From Octopus vulgaris (taxonomy: Eukaryota), in assembly GCA_951406725.2 (NCBI GenBank), contig OX597828.1:64728001-64792000 (forward strand): a DNA stretch of 64,000 nt, written 5' to 3'. The notes beneath the pieces were generated by a model that ran no database searches, was not told the DNA's origin, and was given only the letters and a program-made list of their open reading frames with translations. The position numbers were made by a program, and so were the translations under genes. This document shows, piece after piece, positions 39,527 through 53,019 of this stretch (its first letter is position 1; the number at the start of each line of letters is the position of its first letter).

Positions 39527-39922
39527 GCGGACCCTCATAGGTGTGCCCTCATATCTTTCAGAAAAATAGATGTCTTTTAAGGAAATATTTCTACAAATAC
39601 TTCTCAGAGAGCGTACATTATGACTATATGGGAATTTAATGTGAAGAAAATAGAGGTCGCGCACGCATATAGAGTGACACATAGCCCAATTTCTTTTCAA
39701 AATAAAAGGTTCCATTTTGTGGTTATAATATACTACGTGTGTCAGTATACATGTGTGTAATGTCGCGAATTTTTTCCTTTTTCTTTTTTTTTTACATTAA
39801 CTTCCGGTTTTATCGTAACCTACATAAACTGAGAGGTATTTGTAGAAAATTTCTTTAGATATATACCCATTCTTCTGGAAGTTATCAGGAAACAAAGTCG
39901 GGGTCATTATTGTGAGGGTCTG
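39527..39922. mobile_element. Old foldback MITE-like element
   Basis: Arms: gaccctca/tgagggtc, tttctacaaatac.tctcag/ctgagaggtatttgtagaaa, tgacaca/tgtgtca. Confidence 0.65.
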
Positions 39923-40495
39923 TCCTTTTATGCACATTTGAGATCTTAACTACCCTGTGTAACACGCTGGTTGTTACCATAACATAGCTACCAGATGTCC
40001 GGTATTGTTCCTGCAACCGTATGAACTCTTAGCTAGGCAATTTCAGTACAGGAAACCTAAAAATTCCAACCAGAAACGATACTTCTCTCTCGATATATTC
40101 ATACAAAATATTTCTTTGTAAACAATCGTGTAACTATAAGGGGATATGATAGTAAGGGTTGGTAAATATAAATCATATATTAAACATTCCTTTTTTCTAT
40201 AGGAACAGGGCTTGAAATTTGGTTGAGTGTGTAGTCGATCATATTGACCCCAAAGCTTGACTGGCACTTATATTATAAACAACAAAAGGATCAAAAGACC
40301 CATTTGAACTGTGTGGAATTTGTACTGAGATTGCGAACATGGAAGAAATTTTCCTCTCACCGCCTTATGAACACGAATAATGGTTACTCAACATATAGTC
40401 CACGGGTAGACGCAGATCGTAGGGTTATAAACAAGTAAAGTGTTTAAATACAAGTTTGCTGCCATTTAAATGTTTGATAATATTTTCTTGTTATT

Positions 40496-40937
40496 TCGAT
40501 TATGATAAAAGCTAAATTCTGTCTGTCTGTCTGTGGGCCCTCTATCTAAGTGTACATTAGTTCTAAATAGTCACATTATAACTTGTTGGAATGAGAATGA
40601 TCCGGAATTAAAAATCTGCCCTTAAGTTGGTTCTTGAACAGCCAGTATTGGTAGCTGATTTACAGGTATCTGGGTTACGACTTCTAGCAGGTAAAACATG
40701 GTTAATTGACGCCATCTTGCTTGGCGTTTGTCAGATGACGTCAGAGAGGAAGGGGGCGGGAGATAAATGAGACAGTCGCTTCGTTAATTTTACGTCCAGA
40801 TATGAACTTTGGGACAAATTGGTCGACAGTTGGAATTCAACTTGGGACTGGAACAATAGAATGATTGCATTATACAATTAATTCTCATCCATCCTTAACG
40901 TCTTATCAAACACAAGCGGGATAGCTTTTAAGCTAGT
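40496..40937 (+). mobile_element. Possible degenerate non-autonomous Helitron
   Basis: 5' tc..tgataaaag..(ctgt)n; 3' aagcggga..gctt..CTAG^T. Confidence 0.4.
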
Positions 40938-41589
40938 CTCTAATAAAGTAATGCAGCTAGTTCATTACTTGATCGATAGTTTTCATATCATCACTATAGC
41001 TGCAAACGCAAATTGGCAATACAGCTTTGGTTATAAATGTACAATGTGTTTGGAACTAAGAAAGTTGTTTACGTGCAACATCTCTCTCCCCCTCTCTCTC
41101 TCTCTTTCTTTCTTCTTTTCACTCACTCTCTCTGTCCCTCTCTCTCACTTACGCACATAGACGCGCGCAAACTTGTTTGGTGCTTATTCAAGTTACTTTT
41201 ATCCATAAACTTTAGTTAATCTAACTTGTTCGATGTTTCTTACTTTCACCCGTATCAAACATTATACTCTGAAGCAGGTACTTCTGGTACATAATCTATC
41301 CAAAATGAGAAACTATGTGTGTCTCAGTAAGATAAAAACCTACCTCTTTGATCGTAAATTCAACTACACTCTTTTCTTTGATGCGCTTTCTAAGCCAGAT
41401 AATTTTAAAATCTTCATACAAATTATCTTGTGTCAGTTCATTTATGTAGTGAGTGAAATTTGGCCGTTACTTCTAGCGGACCTAGTAGCCACCTTATTGA
41501 CCTCCAGTTGGATAAATTTTGTAATCAAGTGAAATACACTTGAAGAGAAACGGCTAAGTGTAGTTAATCATTTGGTGCCTAAGAGATTG

Positions 41590-42002
41590 GATACATAAAC
41601 ACCAACTCAAGGAATACTGGTGGAATATTCCCCTCAAAACGTCTGCCAAATGTAAGTATAACAGTATGGATATTGTTGTTTGGGATAGAGGGGCAAATGT
41701 ATGTACCATCATATAGGTTAGCTACCCTGCAGATATAAATATCTCTTTCAAAATCAAAGATAAAGATGGTATCTATGGACAACTGCTTCGAAACCTCCAG
41801 CTTCTATATACAGACTATGAATTCATATTCATATCAATAATAATTGGAGCAGTAGGTTTTGTTAGGAAATGCTTACAGAAGAATCTGGATAGATTGGGAT
41901 TTTCAGAAAGAGAGTTTGACCGGATGATTCGTGTAGTACAAGTCCAGTCTATGAGTCGAACAGTAAAAACATGCAAATGTTTTTTCAAGCTCCAGATGTG
42001 AA
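41590..42002 (+). pseudogene. R4-clade RLE endonuclease C-terminal fragment
   Basis: HKHQLKEYWWNIPLKTSAKCKYNSMDIVVWDR..CTII*VSYPADINI..KDGIYGQLLRNLQLLYTDYEFIFISIIIGAVG; related to 17473-17855. Confidence 0.8.
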
Positions 42003-42104
42003 ATTGTCTGTGTTAAACATGCCAAAGATGGAGCCTTGTATCTTTGTTGGAAACCGGCTCATTCCTCAGCTGAAGATTTATGATAATTTAAAATATAGAA
42101 GAAG

Positions 42105-42535
42105 TATACATACATGCATAAATATATGCATGCATATATAAATACATACATATATGCATACATAGATACATACATACATACATACATACATACATACATA
42201 CATACATACATACATACATACATACATGCATACATACATACATACATACATATATACATACATACATGCATACATACATACATATATGCATACATACATA
42301 CATACATGTATACATACATACATACATGCATACATATATACATACATACATACATACATACACACATACATACATACATGCATACATACATACATGCATA
42401 CATACATACATACATACATACATACATACATACATACATACATACATACATACATACATACATACATACATACATACATACATACATACATACATACATA
42501 CATACATACATACATACATGTGTGTGTATACATAC
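42105..42535. repeat. (TACA)n microsatellite
   Basis: Direct reading. Confidence 0.97.
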
Positions 42536-42759
42536 ATCCGCTAATCACTGACTGCAGTGGCATCTTAGTTTTGCAGCCAGACTATATATGTTATATGTAT
42601 TCCAGCATGAATAGCACAGCTAATTGGATACACTTGTGATCATATTTCTCATGACATTCAAATCAGTCGTGAATTCACTATGCCGTTATCAACATAAAAT
42701 ATCATGGTTGGAAATGACATCAAAGCTACTGCACAAGCAAAACTTGGAGAAACGGGAAA

Positions 42760-44415
42760 AAGCGTCAAACTATTAAACTACAATAGCTTGACGTTTAAAA
42801 TGAATGGAAGAGTCATTGCCGTTTCGAACCTTCGCTCTTCTACAGAAGGAATGAGAAGAGAAAACAGATAGAAAGAGGAAAAAAAGAGGAGAGAAGAAAA
42901 GTGTCTGGGTTAACGGTTGCACATGTCGAGTTGACCGAAAGGAAAGAAATGGCTGAAGACATGTTTGGCAAGGGAGAAAAGAATGATCCGGCTAAGGTGT
43001 ATGAGCGCAAACATGTGTGTGTATGTATATGTACATGTATGTGTGCGTGGGCAAGCACTTATTTGTTTATGAAGATTATGCGTGCGTGTGTATGTCCGTG
43101 TGTGGTAACGTGCGCATGTATACATGTATGAAACGATGTGCGCATCTGCGTATGGAAGTGTGTCTATGTGTCGAGGTGTGAGGCTATCGGATTTGTGTGT
43201 GTGCAAATGCATTGTGCAGCAGGTAATGCGTGCGGGTGCACTTTGTGCGACTAACATGTGTGATTTTGTATGTGTGTGTAAGAAGTGTGTATGTGTGTGT
43301 GTGTGACTGTGTAAGAGAAAGTCAGACATATACGTGCCTGTGTGTGAGTATAAAGTGAGTGTCACACTGTTGAGTACGTGTGTATTGTATGCATTTATAG
43401 GGGAATAGTGTATATTACATTATACGTTGGCATGTATATGAGCGAAAAGGGGCAATAGGATGTTTTGCGAGTAAATATGTGTGGAGTAGAGCTCAAATGA
43501 TGTGAGGTGAAGAATTGAGACCATAAAGGACCGAGGAATGAAGAGAAGAAAAACATTCCTGCTCCCGATAGAGGCAGAAATCCGGCTGGCCTCCTTGAAA
43601 GGCTAGTCTGTGTACAAACTGACGCCGCAAGGAATGATCGCTCGAGTGGAAGTGGTTTCGAGGTCGGAGTGGCAAACATGTCAGCAAGTTCGATCAATGT
43701 GCAAGGAAACAAAGAGAGCAGAGGATGTAGTAGATTAAAATAATGGAGGTGCAGGTAAAGGAATCGTTGATGAGAGGACAGCGGTAGTAAGTGGCGTTGA
43801 GGACAGTGGTCTTGGGGAGATAGGGCGTGCAGCAGCGTCGGCTAAAGCAAAGGAAGGAGCCAGGCTGGTTACTAGAACTGGCGAAGAAGCTACGAATCAG
43901 AGGTTATGGCCACGTTTGAAGGAAGGGAGGTGGGTTGGAGAAGATGTGAGGCGTGGAGGGGTGTGACTGAAGTTGGCAGAAAGCCCGTAGAGTGGTGAGT
44001 TGGTGGGTGGTAGAGGAGGAAAGGGGTGGGTAAATGTGTGGCAGGTGTGTTAAAAAGGAGAGTGAGAAATAGAGAGAGAGAGAGAAAGAGAGATAGCGGA
44101 TGCATGGACGACCATGCATCCGCTCAAGCAAAGATCGGGCGCAGATGAGGATGGGTTAGATAAATGTGCGTAAGAGTATCCTCCTGGGGGGGAGTGGAGA
44201 GCCATGAGTCTTGAGTGTGCGCCGGAGTTATGGTCGTCAGTAAAGAGCCGGCAGAGATGGAGAAACTGAAAGTGAGGGATTGACTATTTGGTGTGAGTAG
44301 AGTGGGAGGAGGAGGAGATGTTGGTATAAGTGTTTGAGTCTGTGGGTTTATAGTGAGTGGGAGTGGTAAGAGAGGAGTGGTGGATGATAGCAGAAAGGTT
44401 GAAAAGATTGTCAAA
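42760..44415 (-). mobile_element. Decayed Neptune-like PLE: thumb and GIY-YIG (about 43495-44415) plus 3' pLTR with hammerhead-like motif
   Basis: THYKPTDS..SSSH..HTK*SIPHFQFL.LCRL, FCQLQSHPSTPHIFSNPP, NQPGSFLC..RRCC, INDSFTCTS..LIYYILC.LC, NHFHSSDHSL, LYREQE, LYGLN. Confidence 0.8.
44095..44124. repeat. Perfect 13-bp inverted repeat inside the PLE relic
   Basis: agcggatgcatgg-acga-ccatgcatccgct. Confidence 0.9.
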
Positions 44416-44932
44416 GGTGTTGGAAACAGAACTAAAACAATGAATCAATCCATAGGCTCAACTTCCCGAAATTTAAACTTTGAAATTCTAAATATTTGGT
44501 AATTATACACAAACACACACACACACGCATGCTTATACATGCATACAAACATACATACATACATACATACATGATGGATGCAAACCCGAATTTGTGTATT
44601 GCTATTGCCTGATCGAAAGTCCCAGACATGCGAAGGCTACGACCGGCCATTCTTGTGAAGAGTCTTACGATTTTGAGCGATGCCTCAGTATGATGGTTTT
44701 TGTAGTGGGGAAAGGATTTGCACAAACTCCAAACCCACTGTTTGAACATGTAAAACATAAACTCGAAAAAAAGAACTAGTCTACATCATTGAATATTGTA
44801 AGTATCGCAGGTCTTCTCTCAGAGTCTCCTCTCCTAGAGAAATGTTGTGATAACAACAGAGGGGCGCCCCGCTCCCAGTGGGCCAACCGCGCGCCTGGAC
44901 ACAAGCCCAGGAATTTCCACGTCCCCGGCCAA

Positions 44933-44943
44933 CATACATACAT

Positions 44944-44983
<40 letters not shown>

Positions 44984-45081
44984 ACATATTTCTATACATG
45001 CATGAATACATGCATACATGAATACACACATACGTACATACATAAATACATACATACATAGATACATACATACATACATAC

Positions 45082-45112
<31 letters not shown>

Positions 45113-45181
45113 CATACATACATACATACATACATACATACATACATACACACATACACGAATACACACATACATAAATAC

Positions 45182-45212
<31 letters not shown>

Positions 45213-45321
45213 CATACACACATACACGAATACACACATACATACATACTTACATACATACATACATAAATACATACATACATAGATACATACATACATA
45301 CTTACATACATACATACATAC

Positions 45322-45352
<31 letters not shown>

Positions 45353-45413
45353 CATACATACATACATACATACATACATACATACATACATACATACATA
45401 CATACATACATAC

Positions 45414-45444
<31 letters not shown>

Positions 45445-45541
45445 CATACATACACACATACACGAATACACACATACATACATACTTACATACATACATA
45501 CATAAATACATACATACATAGATACATACATACATACATAC

Positions 45542-45572
<31 letters not shown>

Positions 45573-45738
45573 CATACATACATACATACATACATACACA
45601 CATACACGAATACACACATACATACATACTTACATACATACATACATAAATACATACATACATAGATACATACATAAATACATACATACATACATACATA
45701 CATACATACATACATACATACATACATACATACATACA

Positions 45739-45768
<30 letters not shown>
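44933..45768. repeat. (TACA)n array with higher-order variant units
   Basis: cacacatacacgaatacacacata..cttaca..taaata..tagata recurs at about 45149, 45217, 45453 and 45597. Confidence 0.95.
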
Positions 45769-45773
<5 letters not shown>

Positions 45774-45802
45774 TACACCATTATTGAAAATATTTACTCG
45801 CT

Positions 45803-46260
45803 GGCGCAGTCGTGGCTGCGTGGATAGGTGCAGGCGTGGATGTATGGTAAGAACCTTGCTTCCCAACCACAAGGCTCCGGGTTCAGTCCCACTGTGTGGC
45901 ACCTTCGGCAAGTGTCTTCTATTATAGCCTCGGGCCGACCAGAGCCTTTTGAGTGGATTTGGTAGACGGAAATAGAAAGAATCCTATCGTATACATGTGC
46001 GTGTGTATGCGTGTTTGCGTGTGCGCGCGCGCGCGCGCGTGTGTGTGTGTGTGTTTGTGCGTCTATGTTCGACCTCCACCATCGCTTGACAATCGATGTT
46101 GGTGTGTTTACGTCCCCGTAACTTTGCGATTCGACAAAAGACACCGATAGAATAAGGTTCCAGGTTTACAAAGAAAGAGTCTTAGGGTCGATTTGTTCGA
46201 CTAAAGGCGGTGCCGCAGCATTGCCGCAGTCAAATGACTGAAACAAATAAAAAAATAAAA
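45803..46260 (+). mobile_element. Full-length SINE family A with duplicated 5' end
   Basis: Matches the reverse complement of 15612-16062. Confidence 0.9.
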
Positions 46261-47139
46261 GAAGAATTAAAAAATATATGATTGAACAATACAGATGTTT
46301 CTATAGACAAATATTATTTAAGAAATCGGTTTCTACACATACCAGAGATGAATCTGGAAGAAAATCGACACTAGGCTTTAGAACGTTATTAATTTGAGAA
46401 CGAAACAACTAAAAATATACGGTTGAGTAGAATCAATAAAATTATGCAAACAATTCATTAGGTTTAATGAACGTGAAAAATAATTTATTGCTAAACCGAA
46501 AAACAGAATAATAAGTCAGAACTAAATTTTTTCAGGAAGAAAATATAAAGATTCATTAAAAGTTCTATTCAATTAAGAATTCTGACATTATTATTACACA
46601 TATGCTAGAAAATCTTAGCCAGTTTCAAGAATTCTGTTCGGGTTAAACTTAATAGCCTAAGATTGTTTGTTGAGAGTTCAGGATATGTCGCTGAATATAC
46701 ATTTTTGTCCGTACTTCTGATGAGATTCCGTTTTGCTTAGTCTGGCATTTATTGCGATGATTGAATATAAGTTTTGCGAATTATAAAAAGGGCCACATAA
46801 ATGCTGCTAAGAAAGAATTATTGGCCATATTTAAAGAGATAGATTGAAAGTATATAGTAGGTACAAAATATTTATATCTGAGTTTTAAGATATAGCGAGT
46901 GGTATTTTTTTTTTTTACCGTTACAGTAAATCTAACAAGAAATTTCAGAATGTTGATATGAATTAAATACATTAAAATCATCCGATAATAATGTTTAAAA
47001 GCAAACTTAATATTATTATACAAAAATCCATTTGCCGTCTGAAAAAGAATTCTTTAATCGTGATCATATCGTTTCAGTGGTGGATTGAAAGGCAGGGGCG
47101 TCAAAGCTAGAATATTTTGTTAACGTAAATGAAGCAAAA

Positions 47140-47300
47140 CTAAAAATAGAAAATTATGAAACATGTTACAATTCCTGGTATCATGAAGATTTTTGCTTTT
47201 TGCTTAGCCTTATGAACAAGAATTTCCTCATAGAACAGATATCATAAGAGCTTCGATAGTAATAACATTAAGGTGAGCTATACCTGCATCAAAATTTACA
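47140..47300 (+). pseudogene. Short PLE linker remnant
   Basis: LMNKNF...KSFDSNNIKVSYTC (compare LIDKHFP..KIFNRNTVKVSYSC). Confidence 0.45.
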
Positions 47301-48465
47301 GGCACAAAGAGTGCAAACAGGAGAAATTCGTTCAGTATAAGTACGCCGTATTTTTCTCATCTAAGTAATTGCAACAAACCTAGTACCTGTTCCCTGAACG
47401 TAACATCCTTAGTTTTCTCCTGAAATTGCCAGTGATGTATATATCTTGCTGAAAAGCTCTTTAAAATGTTGCATCATGCGTATACATTCAAGTTACCACA
47501 AAGATGCCTAATGCTTCTGCCCTTCACTATCTAAGTATATCTAAGGTTTATACTTCGCTATCTAAAGTTTATACTCACAATTATAAAACCAATTAGCCAG
47601 CAGAAACATTTCTGCACAAAGCATTAGCAAGTGTAGTCGTCTTTTGGATAAGTATAGTATATTCTCGCATGTCTTAAAATTAGGAAACAAACTTCAGAAG
47701 CTGCTTACATCGATAATTTATAAAGGAATTTCCAGTTATCAGCTGCTGAAATTATTTAGTTCCTACAAAAGCTTTCCCCATATTCTAAACAGTGGCTGAT
47801 GTTGAAAAACGTTCAGTTATTCAACACAAATACTGCCTTAATAATAGTTCACCTGCCTTTCTTTTGTGTATTTTCTACATATGATACAGAAGTTTGTAAA
47901 TGCCGCCCGCATCTGCATGTGAATAGATTAACATGTCACGTTTTTACGTACGATAAATGAATAGTCGAATGTGTGACACATCTACGAATTGTGTTAAGTT
48001 GATTATTGAAATCATGTGGGCTATTCACATTTCGATGGGTGCCCGAAATTGTTCGCAATATATCAGGCGGCATCAACTATTAAAATGTTTTAATAACCAA
48101 CAACGTAAATCTCAATATAATGAGAAGACAGGCGGCTCTCGTCCACACGATATGAGCTCGATTTCTGCACTGAGCAGTGCATTATCTGAAACAAAATGCT
48201 TTATTTCACATTGCCCCACTCTATTCAAATGAAAATAATTACCATTCAGTGCTTGTGCAATACCCACTCCCTGCTTGCAGCTTTCATACTCTCAATGTCC
48301 AGTTGGATCAAAGGATGGAAGGACGAAAATATGTCTGTCTGCTCGTACTACATTGTCACATAAAACATGTGGACGAAGTCTGGTAGTGCTCTTAAGTCTT
48401 ACAAGCTCCGATTAGAGGCTATGGGTTTTACGGGCATGCACGCAAACACACACACGTACACAGCC

Positions 48466-48526
<61 letters not shown>

Positions 48527-48527
<1 letters not shown>

Positions 48528-49098
48528 GTTTCTTTATTGGCCACACAGGGCTGCACACAGATGGGACAAATTACAAGGTAGAGGATGGGGGACGAAAAAA
48601 ACAAAACAAAAAACAAAAGAAACAAAAAAAGTGGCGTAGGTTTTCGATCAAAAGGGATCGTAAAAGGGAAAAAAGATAAAAAAAAGGAAAAGGAACAAAA
48701 GAAAAGAAAAATGAAGAAAGAAGAAAAAAGAGGAAAAAAGGGGAAGAGGAAAAATAAACGATCAATAGGAATCGTGTATCACAGTGTCATGATGTATGGT
48801 GTAAAGGGGAAAGCAGATAAGGTATCTGTGGGAAGAAAAGCCTTCGAAAAAGACCACGGTAACCTCGGTCAATATTGTTATATTTTACCACATTTGTTTG
48901 CACGTGGGTAACCCTCTGTTTTCAATTTCTGCGTTCATAGGATTATGCTCAAGGTGGCTTCGTCATTCATACGTGCCATCCTTGCTACATTCACCCATCT
49001 TTTTTTAAAACATTCGCTAGACAAAACTTACCTCTCTACTCTCACTTTCCTTTTCAAGTGGTACTTGAAGAAGTTGATGAGAGATTGACCAGAGAGGA
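48527..49098 (-). mobile_element. 5'-truncated L1/Tx1-like retrotransposon 3' end in (GATA)n, copy 1
   Basis: Encodes LSGQSLINFFKYHLKRKVRVER; 3' end gcagccctgtgtggccaataaagaaac runs into (TATC)n. Confidence 0.75.
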
Positions 49099-49142
<44 letters not shown>

Positions 49143-49155
49143 TAGATAGATAGAT

Positions 49156-49187
<32 letters not shown>

Positions 49188-49255
49188 GAATAGATAGGTA
49201 GGTAGGTAGGTAGATAGATAGATAGATAGTTAGGTAGATGGAAAGATAGATAGAC

Positions 49256-49290
<35 letters not shown>

Positions 49291-49304
49291 TAGATAGATA
49301 GATA

Positions 49305-50064
49305 TGTTTCTTTATTAGCCACACCGGGCTGCACACAGATAGAACAAATTACAAGGTAGAGCTTTTCTTTTGAAGGGTTAGAAAAAAAAAAAAAAAAAAA
49401 AGGAAGGGGGAGTTTCGATCAAAAGGGATCGTAAAAGGAGAGAAAGAGGACAAAAAAGGGGGGTTAAAAAAAGGGGGGAGGAAAAAAAATTGATCAATAG
49501 GGATCGTTATCACAGAAATGTCAATATGAAGTGTAAAGGGGAGGACAGGTGAGGTTTACCCGTGGAAAGAAAAGCCTACGGAAAAGACCACGGTAACCTC
49601 GGTCAATGAAGTCACATTTTATATTTCTTTTTTTTTTTTTTTTTTTTTGCAAATAAGCAACTCTCTGTTTTCGATTTCTGGGTTCATAGGACTATGCTCA
49701 AGGTGGCTTCGTCATTCATACGTGCCATTCTTGCTACATTCACCCATCTTTTTTTAAAACATTCGCTAGACAAAACTTGCCTCTCTACTCTCACTTTCCT
49801 TTTCAAGTGGTACTTGAAGAAGTTGATGAGAGATTGACCAGAGAGGAAAGTGTTTGTCTCCAATCCTTTCAGACGCGTCCACCAGATACATTCTTTCGCC
49901 ATAGCCACAAGGATGATGAAAATAGCTCTTCCTTCCCGTTTGAAGGAAGGAGGCGTGACAATATTGACGATAGACTCAGCTGATAAACCGACTCGTCCCA
50001 CACGTGACAGCAGTTGTTCGACATAAGCCCACAGGTCGGAAATTGTTGGACACTGAACGAGTGT
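49305..50064 (-). mobile_element. 5'-truncated L1/Tx1-like retrotransposon 3' end in (GATA)n, copy 2
   Basis: ORF 49684-50001 ..LVAMAKECIWWTR..F.KRW resembles the Tx1/L1 ORF2 C-terminus; AATAAA near the end; (GATA)n on both sides. Confidence 0.75.
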
Positions 50065-50127
50065 AGATAGATAGATAGATAGATAGATAGGTAGGTAGAT
50101 AGATAGATGAATAGATAGGTAGGTAGG

Positions 50128-50182
<55 letters not shown>

Positions 50183-50196
50183 TTAGGTAGATGGAA

Positions 50197-50274
<78 letters not shown>

Positions 50275-51099
50275 TTAGATGGAAACAAAGGCAGACAGAC
50301 GGATAGATAGACAGAGACAGAGACAAAGACAGACAGAAAAACAGACAGACAGGCAAACAGGCAGACAGATAGGTATAGATAGATAGATATGTACGCACAC
50401 GCACACACATCAACATACATAAATTTATACAGATGTAATAAACTTACAATTATTCTCTCTTATTTGCCGAGAAACCAAGACCTGAAACCAGTGCAGAACA
50501 GCGTGGAGTATAACTCTATTAGCGTCGCTTGTCATTTATAAGGTAGCCAGGAGGTACTTTTTTGTACGTTCTGCAGAGGGCTACAGACAGGTAGCATAGT
50601 ATTTAGAGAGAGAAAGAGAAAGAAAGAGAGGGAGTGGGAGATGGAGGGAGAAGAGAGAGGGGAGACAGTTATCTATCTGAAATTATATTATAGTTATCTA
50701 TCTGAAATATGATGAGCACAGGCTGTGTTACCTGCAGTGGGCACAATTATTTAAATAGAAATGTATTGAGGTTTCTTACACTCTTAGATTTTATTTTACA
50801 AATCCACAGATGATTATAAGTTATGTACACTACACTGAGGCAATAATTAAGTTAATTATACACACGGTCAGTGACTATGCTATTGCGTAAATAAACACAG
50901 AAGACACTGTTTGTTGTTCGATAAACATTTCAGAATTGGCTCTCTAAAGAACGGATGAAATAAATGGACAAACATTTGAGTCTATTCATAACAAATGCAA
51001 CTGGTTGTGTTCTTTGATGTACGCTCTACAGGAAGACTTTTGTAGTTTAAGTTCAAAAATATCCCCCCCCACGCTTTCTCTCTCTCTCTCTCACTCTGA

Positions 51100-51167
<68 letters not shown>

Positions 51168-53019
51168 GATATATATATATATATATATACATACATACAT
51201 ACAGACATCCATTTCCAAGTAAATATATATATATATATATATATAATCAATAATTAATTCACTAATAACAAATCACCATCTATTAAATCATTAAATCTAA
51301 GAAAATGACTCATCTTGATTACTCCTCTTCCGCTGTTTCTAATATATATCATTGACCCCTAATATATTCACTTAATTAATAAGACTTTTGTCCACAGTTA
51401 TGGAATATTATGCCTACTCATAATAAATGATAGGTGTTTTCTCCAAAATTAATAAATATTTATATTGATTTATAATTCTTTTTTAATCCAACTTATTAAA
51501 ATAAACAACACCTATTAGCCAAATATAATCTAATAGATTCAAGCGGATGCATATTTGTATATGTTTGTATAAGTGTAAAGGAATCTCTGTATTTTCTGTA
51601 ACTATTTAGTATATGGATGGTCACTGTGACCATTTAGCATTGACCTAGTTTTCTTGATACAAAATCTGGTTGCCAAATAGGAGAAAACAGCCTCTAAGAC
51701 AATATAATCCCCTTTCCATTTTAATTTTAATTTCTTAACTTCTCCATTGGCCTTGTTCTTGTCGGCAAAATGGAGACAAATTATACATGAGGACCTGCGA
51801 GAATGTATAATTGGCACAGCGTATAAAAAGAAAGGAGAAAAAAGTCACACTGCTCCAATTGTAGAATTATTATTTTACTGGCCATAGAAGGAGATTCCCT
51901 GCAATTGCACACGGAAAGAAAAACAAATGTACATTTCACCCAAACAGAAAGGAAGAGAGAAGCAGAAAGAGACATGTACATACAGAGACAGTTGGGGAGA
52001 GGGAGAATGCACAGAAATAAAGCTGGTAATTAGACAAAGGAAGAAATGCCTGGAGTAGAACATGGGTTTCTATATCGGCCTCTGTGTTAAATATAGTGCG
52101 TAGCACTGTTAGCAGGAATTTATTGCTGTAAATGATTAGCTTAATTGGACAATTATGTTAGTCTCAAAAGTATTTCCACAATTCTTTGCCAAATTTTGGA
52201 GAAAGGCGAGTGAAGTTCAAGGAAAATTATTTGTCTGTTTCCTATGTGAATGTGAGATGGATGGGATGTAGCTTCCATTTTTAATCTACCGTCTGCCTTT
52301 AACATAATACACAGTGAAGCAACTGCCTTCATAAGACAGTTGTTTCATCTAATATCAGTTTTGTTTACCTTCGTTAAGCGCTGACACATGAAACATCTAC
52401 AGAATTTATAGAACCTAATGGAGACAAAGAGATAAGGGAAATAATGCATCAAGTTGCAATACTATATTAAGGAAAAGTAAACGTAGAAAAGATATGACGA
52501 TTCTGTCGACAGGGCGAGCGAATATGTGAAACGGACTCAACTTTCCACTAATATTTAGATCAACAAAGTTTATCAATCGTAATTTATTGTAAGACTCGGG
52601 ATTGAGTGTGTTTACGTGTGTGTGCATATCATTATTTGTGTATGGATGTAATTCAATGCTTTTAAAATTGCTTTCACGAATGTGAATAAAACGATCGAAA
52701 CCACTGTAAATAAAATGAAATTATCGGTTCAAATTTTTTCGAATTGTCAGAGATGAATAAAATTTTTCCGCAGACATTGTAATTTTATTGATTCTTTCCC
52801 TTGTACTTGCATGTTTCTATGCAGTTATATTCATTATTTACACTATAAAGAACTTTACATGTGAATTATCCCAATAGTTGGTGTATAAATATCAACTCTT
52901 AAATCTACTCTTGGTACTGTACAAACGCGACCGTTAATGATCAAATGAAAGGAAAGCAAATGAGACATATAAGAAGAAAGCGAATGAGACAATCCAAGAA
53001 GCATTGAGATGAGAGCAAA

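Noticed and set aside
45030-45700. CRISPR-like repeat-spacer array
   Set aside because: Spacers are pure microsatellite, the context is eukaryotic, and there are no cas genes.
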